Shown piece after piece: positions 10,043-19,806 of a stretch of 64,000 nucleotides of DNA (its first letter is position 1; each line of letters begins with the position of its first letter). The notes beneath the pieces are model-generated. The model made no database searches and was not told where the DNA came from. It saw only the letters and a list, made by a program, of their open reading frames with translations. Location of the stretch: the NCBI GenBank assembly GCA_035651575.1, contig DASRFM010000034.1, positions 34,932 through 98,931 on the forward strand, in the 5' to 3' direction. A program made the position numbers and the translations under genes. The stretch comes from Burkholderiales bacterium. Its GTDB lineage: Bacteria; Pseudomonadota; Gammaproteobacteria; Burkholderiales; SG8-39.

Positions 10043-10921
10043 TCAGAGCCAGTAGACGAAGATAAACAGGCCGAGCCACACCACGTCGACGAAGTGCCAG
10101 TACCAGGCCACGCCTTCGAAGGCGAAGTGGTGCTCGGGCGTGAAGTGGCCCTTCAGGCAGCGGAACCAGATCACCGTCAGCATGATGGCCCCCAGGGTGA
10201 CGTGGAAGCCATGGAAGCCGGTGAGCATGAAGAACGTGGTGCCGTACACGCCCGTGCTCAGCTTGAGGTTGAGCTGCGTGATGGCGTGCCCGTACTCGTA
10301 GGCCTGGAAGCCGAGGAACGTCACGCCGAGCGCGACGGTGGCGCCGAGCCAGAAGAGCAGCTTGCCGCGGTTGTTGGCGATCAGGTTCCAGTGCGCGAGG
10401 GTCACGGTGACGCCCGAGGAGAGCAGCAGCAGCGTGTTGATCGCGGGCACGCCCCAGGCCTCCATGGGCGTGTAGGCCTCGCTGAACGCCGGCCCGGCCG
10501 AGGGCCAGTGCGAGGTGAAGCCCGGCCAGAGGAGCGCCTGGTGCTCGAGGCTCGAGAGGTCGGGCACCGAGTACACGCGCGCCCAGAACAGCGCGCCGAA
10601 GAAGGCACCGAAGAACATCACCTCGGAGAAGATGAACCAGCTCATGCCCCAGCGGAACGACAGGTCCTCCCAGCGCCCGTACTTGCCGCCCTCGGACTCG
10701 CGGATGACGTCGCCGAACCAGCGCACCATCATGTAGAGCAGCAGCATGAAGCCGGCGGCGATCGAGACCCAGCCGCCCGAGGCGCCGTTGAACACGAACA
10801 CCGCGCCGAGCGCCATGAGGAAGAGCGCCGTCGAACCCATGATCGGCCAGGGCATCGGCTGCGGTACCGCGTAATGCTGCTGCCGGCCGCCGGTGGTGGT
10901 TGTCGCTGGGCTGTGTGCCAT
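10043..10921 (-). CDS. ctaE: Cytochrome c oxidase subunit III
   Basis: 292-aa polytopic protein ending ..HFVDVVWLGLFIFVYWL, the characteristic COX3 C-terminus. Confidence 0.95.
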   Translation of the reverse strand: MAHSPATTTTGGRQQHYAVPQPMPWPIMGSTALFLMALGAVFVFNGASGGWVSIAAGFMLLLYMMVRWFGDVIRESEGGKYGRWEDLSFRWGMSWFIFSEVMFFGAFFGALFWARVYSVPDLSSLEHQALLWPGFTSHWPSAGPAFSEAYTPMEAWGVPAINTLLLLSSGVTVTLAHWNLIANNRGKLLFWLGATVALGVTFLGFQAYEYGHAITQLNLKLSTGVYGTTFFMLTGFHGFHVTLGAIMLTVIWFRCLKGHFTPEHHFAFEGVAWYWHFVDVVWLGLFIFVYWL

Positions 10922-10942
10922 TTGTTTTCTCTCCCCGCTTGC

Positions 10943-11137
10943 TCAGTGCGTCACGATGCGCACGATCGTGACCAAAGTAAGGACGAACAGCGCCGCGCCG
11001 ATCACGCCGGCGACGATGACATGGGCCGGCTTGATCTTCGCATCCTCGTGCGCGCTGCGGCGCCGGATGCCGATGAAGCCGGAAAGCACCGTCTTCACCG
11101 TGTCGAGGAAGGAAGCCTCCTTCATGAGCGCCTCCAT
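10943..11137 (-). CDS. DUF2970 small membrane protein
   Basis: In-frame ATG 11137 (ATGA overlap with the cox11 stop). Sequence MEALMKEASFLDTVKTVLSGFIGIRRRSAHEDAKIKPAHVIVAGVIGAALFVL.. Confidence 0.65.
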   Translation of the reverse strand: MEALMKEASFLDTVKTVLSGFIGIRRRSAHEDAKIKPAHVIVAGVIGAALFVLTLVTIVRIVTH

Positions 11138-11670
11138 CAGCTCCTGCCCCCGCGCCCGTCGACCTCGAAGAAGGTGTACGAGAGCGCGATGCTCGTCACG
11201 TCCTTGGGCAGCCGCGGGTCGACGACGAACGTCACCGGCATGCGCCGCACCTCGCCGGGGGCGAGCGTCTGCTGGGTGAAGCAGAAGCACTGCAGCTTCT
11301 TGAAGTACTCGCCGGCGAACTGCGGGCCGTAGCTCGCCACCGCCTGGCCGGTCACCGCGGTCTTGCGCGTGTTGACCACCTCGTATTCCACGGTCGTGAG
11401 CTCGCCGGGATGGACGCTGACGTGGTTCACGAGCGGGCGGAACTTCCAGTCGAGCTTGTGCAGGTTCGAGTCGAGCTCGATCGTCACCGTGCGGCTCGTG
11501 TCCACCTGCGTGTTCACCGGCGCGGCATCGGGCTTGTCGAGCAGGTTCACCTGCCAGGCGCGGCAGATCTCGTAGTAGAACGGCACGAGCGCGTAGCCGA
11601 AGCCGAACATCCCGGCCGCGATCACCGCGAGGCGGACGAACAGTTTCTTGTTTTCCGCCCGAGTGCTCAC
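11137..11670 (-). CDS. ctaG: Cytochrome c oxidase assembly protein CtaG/Cox11
   Basis: Copper-binding motif KLQCFCFTQQ. N-terminal TM anchor. Confidence 0.93.
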   Translation of the reverse strand: MSTRAENKKLFVRLAVIAAGMFGFGYALVPFYYEICRAWQVNLLDKPDAAPVNTQVDTSRTVTIELDSNLHKLDWKFRPLVNHVSVHPGELTTVEYEVVNTRKTAVTGQAVASYGPQFAGEYFKKLQCFCFTQQTLAPGEVRRMPVTFVVDPRLPKDVTSIALSYTFFEVDGRGGRS

Positions 11671-11762
11671 TGTCCGAGCAGCCAGTACTTCGCGATGATG
11701 CCGACGAACGTCGTCAGCGCGATGGACGCGAGCACGAGCGCGGTCTTCAGGTTCTTGCTCAC
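11667..11762 (-). CDS. 31-aa single-TM peptide between coxA and cox11 (cytochrome oxidase small assembly protein-like)
   Basis: GTG 11762 gives VSKNLKTALVLASIALTTFVGIIAKYWLLGQ. It sits in the slot where such peptides occur in related cox clusters and overlaps the cox11 start by 4 nt. Confidence 0.5.
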   Translation of the reverse strand: MSKNLKTALVLASIALTTFVGIIAKYWLLGQ

Positions 11763-11764
11763 GC

Positions 11765-13369
11765 CTACTTCACCACCGGCTGCGTCTCGAAGGTGTGGTA
11801 CGGCGCGGGCGTCGGCAGGTGCGTCCACTCGAGCGAGTCGGCGCCGTCCCACGGCTTCTGCGGCGCGGGCTCGCCGTTCCGGATGCAGTCGAGCACGATG
11901 TAGAGGAACAGCAGCTGAGCGAGCCCGAAGCCGAAGGCGCCGATCGAGGAGATCTTGTTCCAGGTCTCGAACATGAGCGGGTAGTCGGGGATGCGCCGCG
12001 GCATGCCGGCCATGCCGAGGAAGTGCTGCACGAAGAAGATCATGTTGAAAAAGATGAGCGTCAGCCAGAAATGGATCTGGCCGAGCTTCTCGTTGTACAT
12101 CCTGCCGGTCCACTTCGGGATCCAGAAGTAGATCCCGGCGAAGGCCGAGAAGAGCGCTCCCGCCACCATCACGTAGTGGAAGTGGGCCACCACGTAGTAG
12201 GTATCGTGCAGCTGGATGTCCACCGGCACGAGCGAGAGCACGAGCCCCGTGAAGCCGCCCAGGGTGAAGAGGATGAGAAAGCCGATCGCGAAGAGCATCG
12301 GCGTCTCGAAGCTGAGCGAGCCCTTCCACATGGTGGAAACCCAGTTGAACACCTTCACGCCGGTGGGGACCGCGATCAGCGTGGTGGCGTACATGAAGAA
12401 GAGCTGTCCGGTGACCGGCATGCCCACCGTATACATATGGTGCGCCCAGACGATGAAGGAAAGGATCGCGATGGCCGAGGTCGCATACACCATCGAGGCG
12501 TAGCCGAAGAGCGGCTTCCTGGAGAAGGCGGGGATCACCTGCGAGATCACGCCGAAGGCGGGCAGCGCGATGATGTAGACCTCGGGGTGGCCGAAGAACC
12601 AGAAGATGTGCTGGTAGAGCACCGGGTCGCCGCCGCCGGCGGCGTTGAAGAAGGTGGTGCCGAAGTGCCGGTCGGTGAGCGTCATCGTGACCGCGCCCGC
12701 GAGCACCGGCATCGCGGCCACCAGCAGGTAGGCGGTGATGAGCCAGGTCCAGACGAACATCGGCATGCGCATCAGCGTCATCCCCGGCGCGCGCATGTTG
12801 AGGATCGTGGTGATGATGTTGATCGAGCCGAGGATCGAGCTCATCCCGAGCAGGTGCACGGCGAAGATGGTGAAGTCCATCCCCATGCCCATCTGCACGG
12901 TGAGCGGCGAGTACATCGTCCAGCCCACGCCCGGCGCGCCGCCCGGCGTGAAGAAGGAGAGGATCAGGAGCGACGCGGCGAAGGGCAGCAGCCAGAACGA
13001 CCAGTTGTTCAGGCGCGCGAACGCCATGTCGGGCGCGCCGATCATCATCGGGATCTGCCAGTTCGCGAAGCCGACGAAGGCCGGCATGATCGCGCCGAAC
13101 ACCATGATGAGGCCGTGCATGGTGGTGAACTGGTTGAAGCGGTCGGGATCGAAGAACTGCAGGCCCGGCTCGAAGAGCTCGAGGCGGATCGCGAGCGCCA
13201 TGATGCCGCCGACGAGGAACATGGTGCCCGAGAACCACAGGTACATCGTGCCGATGTCCTTGTGGTTGGTCGTGGTGACCCAGCGCATGAGGCCGGCCGC
13301 CGGACCGTGATGGCCGTGGTCGTCGTGGTGGTCGTGCGCGGGGTCGTGGGTTCCGGCGATCGAGCTCAT
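11765..13369 (-). CDS. ctaD: Cytochrome c oxidase subunit I
   Basis: 534 aa with canonical segments ..WFFGHPEVYI.., ..HHMYTVGM.. and ..VAHFHYVM.. Confidence 0.97.
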   Translation of the reverse strand: MSSIAGTHDPAHDHHDDHGHHGPAAGLMRWVTTTNHKDIGTMYLWFSGTMFLVGGIMALAIRLELFEPGLQFFDPDRFNQFTTMHGLIMVFGAIMPAFVGFANWQIPMMIGAPDMAFARLNNWSFWLLPFAASLLILSFFTPGGAPGVGWTMYSPLTVQMGMGMDFTIFAVHLLGMSSILGSINIITTILNMRAPGMTLMRMPMFVWTWLITAYLLVAAMPVLAGAVTMTLTDRHFGTTFFNAAGGGDPVLYQHIFWFFGHPEVYIIALPAFGVISQVIPAFSRKPLFGYASMVYATSAIAILSFIVWAHHMYTVGMPVTGQLFFMYATTLIAVPTGVKVFNWVSTMWKGSLSFETPMLFAIGFLILFTLGGFTGLVLSLVPVDIQLHDTYYVVAHFHYVMVAGALFSAFAGIYFWIPKWTGRMYNEKLGQIHFWLTLIFFNMIFFVQHFLGMAGMPRRIPDYPLMFETWNKISSIGAFGFGLAQLLFLYIVLDCIRNGEPAPQKPWDGADSLEWTHLPTPAPYHTFETQPVVK

Positions 13370-13391
13370 CGTTGTTCTCTCTAGTCTGGTC

Positions 13392-14516
13392 TTACTTCCG
13401 GCGCGCCTTCACTTCGGCCGGCTGGACGATTCCCGACTTGTTGCTCCAGGAATTCCTCTCGTACGTGATGACCGCGGCGATGTCGGTGTCGGAGAGCTGC
13501 GCCCCGAACGCCGCCATGGCGGTCTTCGGCCGGCCGTTCAGCACCGTGTCGATGTGCCCTTCCTTCGGCCCGGTCACGGTCTTGCTGCCGTCGAGCGGCG
13601 GGAACGCGGGCGGCGCGCCCTTGCCGCTCGCCTGGTGGCAGGCGACGCAGTTCGCCGCGTAGACCTTCTCGCCGCGCGCCTTCAGCTCCTCGAGGCTCCA
13701 CTGCTTGTTCACGTCTTCGGCCGAGGCCGCCATTGCCTTCCTCTGGTCGGCGACCCACTTCGTGTAGTCCTCCTGCGAGACCACCTTCACCACGATCGGC
13801 ATGAAGCCGTGCTCCTTGCCGCAGAGCTCGACGCACTGGCTGCGGAACACGCCCGTCTGCTCGGGGCGGAACCAGAGGTCGCGGATGAAGCCCGGGATCG
13901 CATCCTGCTTGGCGCCGAAGGAAGGCACCCACCACGAATGCACCACGTCGGCCGCGGTCGTGAGGATGCGGATCTTCTTGCCCACCGGGACGACGAACTC
14001 GTTGTCGACCTCGAGGAGGTAGTGCTCGCCCTTCGGCGCGCGGCCGTCGATCTGGTCGCGCGGCGTCGACAGCGTCGAGAGATAGCTGATGCCCTCGCCT
14101 TCGCCCTTCAGGTAGTCGTAGCCCCACTTCCACTGGTAGCCGGTCACCTTGACGGTGAGATCGGGGCTCGAGGTGTCCTTCTGCGCGATCACGACCTTCG
14201 TCACCGGCCAGGCGATGATCACGAGGATGATCGCCGGGATGATGGTCCAGATGAGCTCCACGGTGGTGTTCTCGTGGAACTGCTCCGCCTTGTGGCCGAC
14301 CGACTTGCGGTGCGCGAAGCACGAATAGAACATCGCGCCGAACACGCCGACGAAGATGACGATGATCAGCCACATCACGTACTGGTGCAGCTGGTCGATG
14401 TCGCGCGCGAGCTGCGAGCCCGGCTCGCGGAAGTACCATTCGATGGCGTACGCCGACGCCGAGGCGCCGAGCGCGGCGAGGCCGGCCAGCACAGCAAAGA
14501 GCTTCCTTGCGCTCAT
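13392..14516 (-). CDS. ctaC: Cytochrome c oxidase subunit II with C-terminal cytochrome c domain
   Basis: CuA site VVHSWWVPSFG..CVELCGKEHGFM. Extra heme c motif CVACH near the C-terminus. Confidence 0.95.
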   Translation of the reverse strand: MSARKLFAVLAGLAALGASASAYAIEWYFREPGSQLARDIDQLHQYVMWLIIVIFVGVFGAMFYSCFAHRKSVGHKAEQFHENTTVELIWTIIPAIILVIIAWPVTKVVIAQKDTSSPDLTVKVTGYQWKWGYDYLKGEGEGISYLSTLSTPRDQIDGRAPKGEHYLLEVDNEFVVPVGKKIRILTTAADVVHSWWVPSFGAKQDAIPGFIRDLWFRPEQTGVFRSQCVELCGKEHGFMPIVVKVVSQEDYTKWVADQRKAMAASAEDVNKQWSLEELKARGEKVYAANCVACHQASGKGAPPAFPPLDGSKTVTGPKEGHIDTVLNGRPKTAMAAFGAQLSDTDIAAVITYERNSWSNKSGIVQPAEVKARRK

Positions 14517-14538
14517 GCGCTTAGTCCCCGAAATCAGT

Positions 14539-14766
14539 TCAACCCAAGTTTTTTTCTGCGCCGACCTGCCGCGTATGCGCGACGAAGGCGGCCGCCAGCA
14601 CCAGCACTTCGAGGCCCGAGAACGGCAGCACCAGCCAGGCGCCCAGCCAGGCGAACACGGCGCCGATGCCGAGCGTGATCAGTGCGAGCCCGACGAACAC
14701 TCGCAGCAGCCCCGTCGGCGAGATCGAGCAGGTGCTCACGAAGCGCCGTAAAGTACCACAGATCAA
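14539..14766 (-). CDS. Short DUF2244-like two-TM protein upstream of coxB
   Basis: ..CSISPTGLLRVFVGLALITLGIGAVFAWLGAWLVLPFSGLEVLVLAAAF.. resembles the N-terminal half of DUF2244 proteins. Only 75 aa. TTG start is uncertain. Confidence 0.4.
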   Translation of the reverse strand: MICGTLRRFVSTCSISPTGLLRVFVGLALITLGIGAVFAWLGAWLVLPFSGLEVLVLAAAFVAHTRQVGAEKNLG

Positions 14767-14775
14767 CGACCTATC

Positions 14776-15630
14776 TCAAGGAACGCGCCTGAAAATGCCA
14801 ATCGTTTTCACGGTTGGTTCGCTCGGCGCGCGCGCGGCGGCTTTCCAGGCGTGCCCGTACACGACTTCGAAGGTCGCACGCGGCGCAAGCGTCTCGCGCA
14901 CGCGCTTAAGGAAGCGCTTGCCCGCGAGCCCGCGCGGCCGGTCGCTGCGCGCGCTCGTCTGCCCGCTCGCGCGCAGGTCGGCAAGCAGCGCAGCGCCGCT
15001 CGGGTAGGTGAGCGTCAGCATCTCCATGTCCATCACCGGCGCGGCGAAGCCGGCGGCGACGAGCATGTCGCCAAGGTCGTGCATGTCGCGGAACTCGTGA
15101 ACGCGGGCGCTGCCCGCGGCCGCGCGCAGCTCCTTCAGGCTGTCGGGCCCGAGCAGGCTGAAGAGGAGCAGCCCCTCCGGCGCGAGCAGACGGTGGAACT
15201 CGCGCAGCGCCTCGAGCGGCTCGGCAAGCCAGTGCAGGACCATGTTGCACCACACGAGCTGCATGCTTGCGTCGCGGAAAGGAAGCTTCTCGATCCTCGC
15301 GCACACCGGCTGCGACGGGTTCCTTCGCAGCCAGCCCGCGCGCCGCGCGCGCAGCATGCCGAGGGCGAAATCGGCGGCTACGATGCGCGCGCCGCCGTAG
15401 CGCGCGGCGAGGGCCGTAGCCTCGCGCGCCGGGCCGCTGCCCGCATCGAGGATCCAGCGCGGCGCGAGCTTGACGTAGTCGAGGCGCTCCAGCATGCGCG
15501 CGCCGACCTCCTGCTCGAGGCGCGCGGCGCGGCCGTAGGATCGTGCCGCGCGCTCGAAGCGCCGCTGCGCCGCGCGCGCGTCAATCGCGGGCGAGTTCGC
15601 GCTCAATGGCAGCGGCCGCCGCGAGCACAT
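14776..15630 (-). CDS. bioC: BioC-like SAM-dependent methyltransferase (malonyl-ACP O-methyltransferase family)
   Basis: Collinear with E. coli BioC: ..IDARAAQRRFERAARSYGRAARLQ.., motif I ILDAGSGPA, then ..MQLVWCNMVLHW... Start is ATG 15630 or TTG 15606, both inside the 3' end of the amidase gene. Confidence 0.65.
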   Translation of the reverse strand: MCSRRPLPLSANSPAIDARAAQRRFERAARSYGRAARLEQEVGARMLERLDYVKLAPRWILDAGSGPAREATALAARYGGARIVAADFALGMLRARRAGWLRRNPSQPVCARIEKLPFRDASMQLVWCNMVLHWLAEPLEALREFHRLLAPEGLLLFSLLGPDSLKELRAAAGSARVHEFRDMHDLGDMLVAAGFAAPVMDMEMLTLTYPSGAALLADLRASGQTSARSDRPRGLAGKRFLKRVRETLAPRATFEVVYGHAWKAAARAPSEPTVKTIGIFRRVP

Positions 15631-16924
15631 GCCGGTCGGCGAGCGCGGCGCCGCACACCATGAATCCGACCGGCGCCCGCCCGCGCTCATGGCAGGGCAG
15701 GCTGACGGCGCAGCCGTCGAGGAAGTTTGCCAGGCCGCAATTGCGCAGCATCCGCAGGTTCCAGCGGAAGTAGGCGTCGTCGTCCGCGCCCGCTTCGGCG
15801 ATCGTCGGCGGCACGCAGGGCAGCGTCGGCATGACGAAGGCGTCGAAGCCCGCCGTGGCGGCGGTGACTTCGGCGATGTAGGCCGCGCGCAGCTCGCCCA
15901 GCACGAGGTAATCGGCGGCGGACATGTCCTTGCCGAGGATGATGCGCTTGCCCACGCGCGGGTCGTATTCGTTCACGCGCCCAAGGTAAGGGCGGTGCAC
16001 GAAGTAGGCTTCGGCGCCCGCGAAGCCGCCGGCCTTGAAGTATTCCGCCTGCCGGTCGAAGGCGGGCACCGCGCGCTCCTCGATCTGCGCCCCGGCCCGC
16101 GCGAGGCGCTTCAGCGCCGCGGCGAAGGCGGCGCCCACGGCCTCGTCCAGGTCCTCGAGCGGCGAGCTCCTCGGCACGAGGAGCCGCGCCCCCTTGATCT
16201 CGAACGGGGCGAGCGCCGCCCCGGGTTCGCCGGCAAGGATCGCGTCGTAGGCGGCGCAGCAGGCGACCGAATTGGCAAGCGGGCCGACGGAGTCGAGCGT
16301 GAAGGACAGAGGAAACGCGCCTTCTCGCGGCACGCGGCGCGCCGTGGGCTTGAAGCCGACCACGCCGCATGCCGCGGCAGGAATGCGCACCGAGCCGCGC
16401 GTATCGCTGCCCAGGCCCATCACGCACATGCCGTCGGCGACCGCCACGCCCGCGCCGGAGGACGAGCCGCCGGGCACGCGCCCCTTGGCGCGCTCGTAGG
16501 GGGCGCGCGGCGTGCCGTAATGCGGGTTGAGGCCCACGCCGCCGAAAGCGAACTCGACCATGTTGGTCCGCCCGACGAAGACCGCCCCGGCCGCGCGCAG
16601 CCGCGCCACCGCGGGCGCATCGCGCTTCGCCGGGGCATTGGCGTCGAAGATGCGCGAGCCGGCGCGCGTCACCTCGCCCGCGACGTCAAAGAGGTCCTTC
16701 AGCGCAACCGGCAATCCGTCCACCGGCGAGCGGCGCACGCCGCGCGCGCGCAGCCGGTCGCTGTAGTCGGCGTCGGCGCGCGCCTGCTCGGCATGGACCT
16801 TGAGGAAGGCGCGCGCGCCCTCGCCCGCCGGATCGGCGATGCGGCCGAGCGCCTGCTCGACGAGCGCACGGCTCGTCGTGCGGCCGGCTTCGAGCTCTGC
16901 GGCCAGCTGCGCTACAGTGGGCAT
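15581..16924 (-). CDS. Amidase-signature (GatA-like) amidase
   Basis: AS signature ..GGSSSGAGVAVADGMCVMGLGSDTRGSVRIPAA.. and the upstream catalytic Lys context PVALKDLF. Confidence 0.9.
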   Translation of the reverse strand: MPTVAQLAAELEAGRTTSRALVEQALGRIADPAGEGARAFLKVHAEQARADADYSDRLRARGVRRSPVDGLPVALKDLFDVAGEVTRAGSRIFDANAPAKRDAPAVARLRAAGAVFVGRTNMVEFAFGGVGLNPHYGTPRAPYERAKGRVPGGSSSGAGVAVADGMCVMGLGSDTRGSVRIPAAACGVVGFKPTARRVPREGAFPLSFTLDSVGPLANSVACCAAYDAILAGEPGAALAPFEIKGARLLVPRSSPLEDLDEAVGAAFAAALKRLARAGAQIEERAVPAFDRQAEYFKAGGFAGAEAYFVHRPYLGRVNEYDPRVGKRIILGKDMSAADYLVLGELRAAYIAEVTAATAGFDAFVMPTLPCVPPTIAEAGADDDAYFRWNLRMLRNCGLANFLDGCAVSLPCHERGRAPVGFMVCGAALADRHVLAAAAAIERELARD

Positions 16925-16938
16925 GGCGGAAAGATAGC

Positions 16939-17622
16939 ATGCTGAAATCCCTCTCCAGCCGGCTCTTCGGCGGCAGCTGCTTCCTCTGCCGCGGCGCGGC
17001 GCGCGAGCTCCTTTGCGCCGCCTGCCTCGCGGACCTGCCGCGCCTGCCCGCGGCGCAGTGCCCGCGCTGCGCGCTCGCTTCGCCGCTCGGCGCGCTGTGC
17101 GGGCGCTGCCTCGCGCGGCCGCCGCATTTCGACGGCACGGTCGCGGCGCTCGCCTACGCGTTTCCCGCCGATGCGCTCGTGCACGCGCTCAAGTTCCGCG
17201 GCGAGCTCGCGCTCGCGCCGCTGCTCGCTTCCCTGCTGCGCGAGCGCCTCGCGCCGCTGCGCGACATCGACTGCGTCGTGCCCGTGCCGCTCGCCGCGCG
17301 GCGCCTGCGCGAGCGCGGCTACAACCAGGCAGTCGAGATCGCGCGCCCGGTGGCGAGCGCGCTGCGCGCCCCGCTCGAGCTCGCGCTCTGCGAGCGCAGC
17401 CGGGACACCGCGACCCAGACCGAGCTGCCCTGGAGCGAGCGTGCGAAGAACGTGCGCGGCGCGTTCCGCGCCACGCGCCCGCTGGGCGGCGCGAGCATCG
17501 CCGTGGTCGACGACGTGATGACCACCGGCAGCACGCTCGACGAGCTCGCCGCGACGCTGAAGCAAGCCGGCGCCGCGCGCGTCGTGAACTGGGTGGTGGC
17601 GCGCACCGCGCCGGCGTCCTGA
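16939..17622 (+). CDS. comF: ComF family phosphoribosyltransferase-like protein
   Basis: N-terminal Cys pairs CFLC..CAAC..CPRC..CGRC. PRTase motif IAVVDDVMTTGST. Confidence 0.9.
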   Translation: MLKSLSSRLFGGSCFLCRGAARELLCAACLADLPRLPAAQCPRCALASPLGALCGRCLARPPHFDGTVAALAYAFPADALVHALKFRGELALAPLLASLLRERLAPLRDIDCVVPVPLAARRLRERGYNQAVEIARPVASALRAPLELALCERSRDTATQTELPWSERAKNVRGAFRATRPLGGASIAVVDDVMTTGSTLDELAATLKQAGAARVVNWVVARTAPAS

Positions 17623-17624
17623 GC

Positions 17625-18089
17625 GTGATCGAGATCGCGCTCGTCCATCCCGAGATCCCGCCGAACGCGGGCAACGTCATCCGCCTCGCTGCGAACACCG
17701 GGGCGAGGCTCCACTTCGTCGAGCCGCTCGGCTTCTCGCTCGACGACCGCCAGCTTCGCCGCGCCGGGCTCGACTACCATGAGTACGCGCGCGTCGAGGT
17801 GCACGCCTCATGGCAGGCCTTTCTCGACCGGATGCAGGGACGGCGCCTGCTCGCATTCACGACCCGGGCGAAGAACCGCTTCACCGAAGCGCGCTACGCG
17901 GCGGACGACGTGTTCGTGTTCGGCTCGGAGACCGCCGGCCTGCCCGCAGCCCTTCTCGATTCGTTCGCGGAAGAAAACCGCCTGCGCCTGCCGATGCAGC
18001 CGGGAAGCCGCAGCCTCAATCTCTCGAACGCGGTCGCCGTCGCGGTGTTCGAAGCCTGGCGCCAGCTCGGCTTCCGCGGCGGCGTCTAG
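17625..18089 (+). CDS. trmL: tRNA (cytidine/uridine34-2'-O)-methyltransferase
   Basis: In-frame GTG 17625 in ORF 17013..18089. SPOUT motifs ..[13 protein letters not shown].., ..[12 protein letters not shown].. and ..[18 protein letters not shown]. Confidence 0.88.
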   Translation: MIEIALVHPEIPPNAGNVIRLAANTGARLHFVEPLGFSLDDRQLRRAGLDYHEYARVEVHASWQAFLDRMQGRRLLAFTTRAKNRFTEARYAADDVFVFGSETAGLPAALLDSFAEENRLRLPMQPGSRSLNLSNAVAVAVFEAWRQLGFRGGV

Positions 18090-19063
18090 GCTTCGGCCCT
18101 CGGGTCGCGGGAGAGCAGCTGCTCCACCGCGGCCGCGGCAGTGAGCCGCCCCTCGAGCACCGCGTTCACCGCCTGGGTAACCGGCATGTCGATGCCTTTG
18201 GCGGCGGCGCGCTTGGCGATCTCCCTGGCGGAGCGCACGCCCTCGGCGACATGGCCGAGATCGCGCAGGATGGTGTCGAGCGCGCGGCCCTGCGCAAGGG
18301 CGAGCCCCACCCGGCGGTTGCGCGAGAGATCGCCCGTCGCCGTGAGGATGAGATCGCCGGCGCCGGCGAGCCCCATGAAGGTTTCCGGCACGCCGCCGAG
18401 CGCGACGCCCAGGCGCGCGATCTCCGCGAGCCCGCGCGTGACCAGCGCGGCGCGGGCGTTCTGCCCAAGGCCGAGGCCGTCGCAGATGCCCGCCGCGATC
18501 GCCATCACGTTCTTCACCGCACCGCCGATCTCCACGCCCACGAGGTCGGTGCTGAAGTAGACGCGCATGCGGCCGCCGTGCAGGAGCGCCGCGGCCTCGC
18601 GCGCGAAGGCGGCGTCCTCCGAGGCGAGCGTCAGCGCGCAGGGCAAGCCGCGCGCCACTTCCTCGGCGAAGGACGGCCCCGAGAGCGCGCCGAAGCGGGC
18701 GGCGCGGCCCCAGGCCTGCGCCGCGATCTCGTGCGGCAGCAGGCCGCTGCCTTCCTCGAAGCCCTTGCAGAGCCATGCGAGCGGCCTGGGCTGCACGCAT
18801 TCGAGAAGCGCGCGCAAGCCGGCCACCGGCGGCGCGGCGAGAACGAGCGTCGCTTCGGACAGGGCCTCGTCCAGGCGCGCCGTCACCGCGACGCGCATCG
18901 GCAGCTCCACACCTGGGAGATAGCGCTCGTTCTTCCGCGCACGCGCGATCGCCTGCGCCTGCGCGGGATCGCGCGCCCACAGGGCCACGTCCATGCGCGC
19001 GGCGAGCACGCGCGCCATCGCCGTGCCCCACGCACCCGCGCCGAGCACGGCGACGCGGCTCAT
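18086..19063 (-). CDS. gpsA: NAD(P)H-dependent glycerol-3-phosphate dehydrogenase
   Basis: Starts [15 protein letters not shown] (Rossmann fold). Also ..[17 protein letters not shown].. Confidence 0.95.
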   Translation of the reverse strand: MSRVAVLGAGAWGTAMARVLAARMDVALWARDPAQAQAIARARKNERYLPGVELPMRVAVTARLDEALSEATLVLAAPPVAGLRALLECVQPRPLAWLCKGFEEGSGLLPHEIAAQAWGRAARFGALSGPSFAEEVARGLPCALTLASEDAAFAREAAALLHGGRMRVYFSTDLVGVEIGGAVKNVMAIAAGICDGLGLGQNARAALVTRGLAEIARLGVALGGVPETFMGLAGAGDLILTATGDLSRNRRVGLALAQGRALDTILRDLGHVAEGVRSAREIAKRAAAKGIDMPVTQAVNAVLEGRLTAAAAVEQLLSRDPRAEA

Positions 19064-19067
19064 CGCG

Positions 19068-19544
19068 CTAGCGGGCGACTTCGATCTTGGGCGCCTCGCC
19101 CTGCTGCGCCTGCTGCTGCATGCGCTGCATGTAGATCGCCTCGAAGGAGACGGGCGAGAGCATCACCGGCGGGAAGCCGGCGCGCGCGACGACGTCGGAG
19201 AGCGTCTCGCGCAGGTACGGATAGAGGATGTTCGGGCAGGCGATGCCGAGCAGCGGATCGAGCTGGTCCTTCGGGAAGTTGCGCAGCGAGAAGATGCCGG
19301 CCTGAACCGCCTCGGCGAGGAAGAGCGTGCGCTCGCCGGCGCGAGCGGTGACCGTCGCCGTCACCGTGACCTCGTAGTAGTTCTCCGCGACCGCCGACGC
19401 GTCGCTCGCGAGCTGCACCTCGAGCTGCGGCTGCACCGGCTGCAGGAAGACCTGGGGCGCGTTCGGGCTCTCGAGGGAGAGGTCCTTGACGTAGATCTTC
19501 TCGATCTGGAAGGCGGGCTGCTCGCCCGGCGGCACGGCGCTCAT
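19068..19544 (-). CDS. secB: Protein-export chaperone SecB
   Basis: In-frame ATG 19544. Sequence ..[36 protein letters not shown].., 158 aa. Confidence 0.93.
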   Translation of the reverse strand: MSAVPPGEQPAFQIEKIYVKDLSLESPNAPQVFLQPVQPQLEVQLASDASAVAENYYEVTVTATVTARAGERTLFLAEAVQAGIFSLRNFPKDQLDPLLGIACPNILYPYLRETLSDVVARAGFPPVMLSPVSFEAIYMQRMQQQAQQGEAPKIEVAR

Positions 19545-19804
19545 GACGGTTCCTTCAGCAGGGGATCGAGCCCGCCCTGGCGCTCGAGGGCATACAGGTC
19601 GTCGCAGCCGCCGACGTGGCGGCTGCCGATCCAGATCTGCGGCACGGTGCGCCGGCCGCTTTTCTGCATCATCTCGTCGCGCCGCGCGGGCTCCAGGTCC
19701 ACGCGCACGCGCTCGATGTCGCGCACGCCCTTCTGCGCGAGCAGCCGCTCGGCCGACTGGCAGAACGGGCACGCCGCGGTCGTGTACATCAGCACCTTCG
19801 CCAC
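19541..19804 (-). CDS. grxC: Glutaredoxin 3
   Basis: GTG 19804 gives (M)AKVLMYTTAACPFCQSAERLL..TVPQIWIGSRHVGGCDDL. CPFC active site. Confidence 0.92.
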   Translation of the reverse strand: MAKVLMYTTAACPFCQSAERLLAQKGVRDIERVRVDLEPARRDEMMQKSGRRTVPQIWIGSRHVGGCDDLYALERQGGLDPLLKEPS

Positions 19805-19806
19805 CT

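Noticed and set aside
11795-13384. 529-aa ORF on the + strand (and 11667..13238 on the - strand)
   Set aside because: These are the opposite strand and an alternative frame of coxA, whose correct frame (11765..13369) is certain. Only the last 31 codons of the 11667..13238 frame were kept, as a small-peptide gene.
17013-18089. 358-aa ORF as a single gene
   Set aside because: Its 5' two thirds is an alternative frame of comF. Only the part from GTG 17625 matches TrmL.
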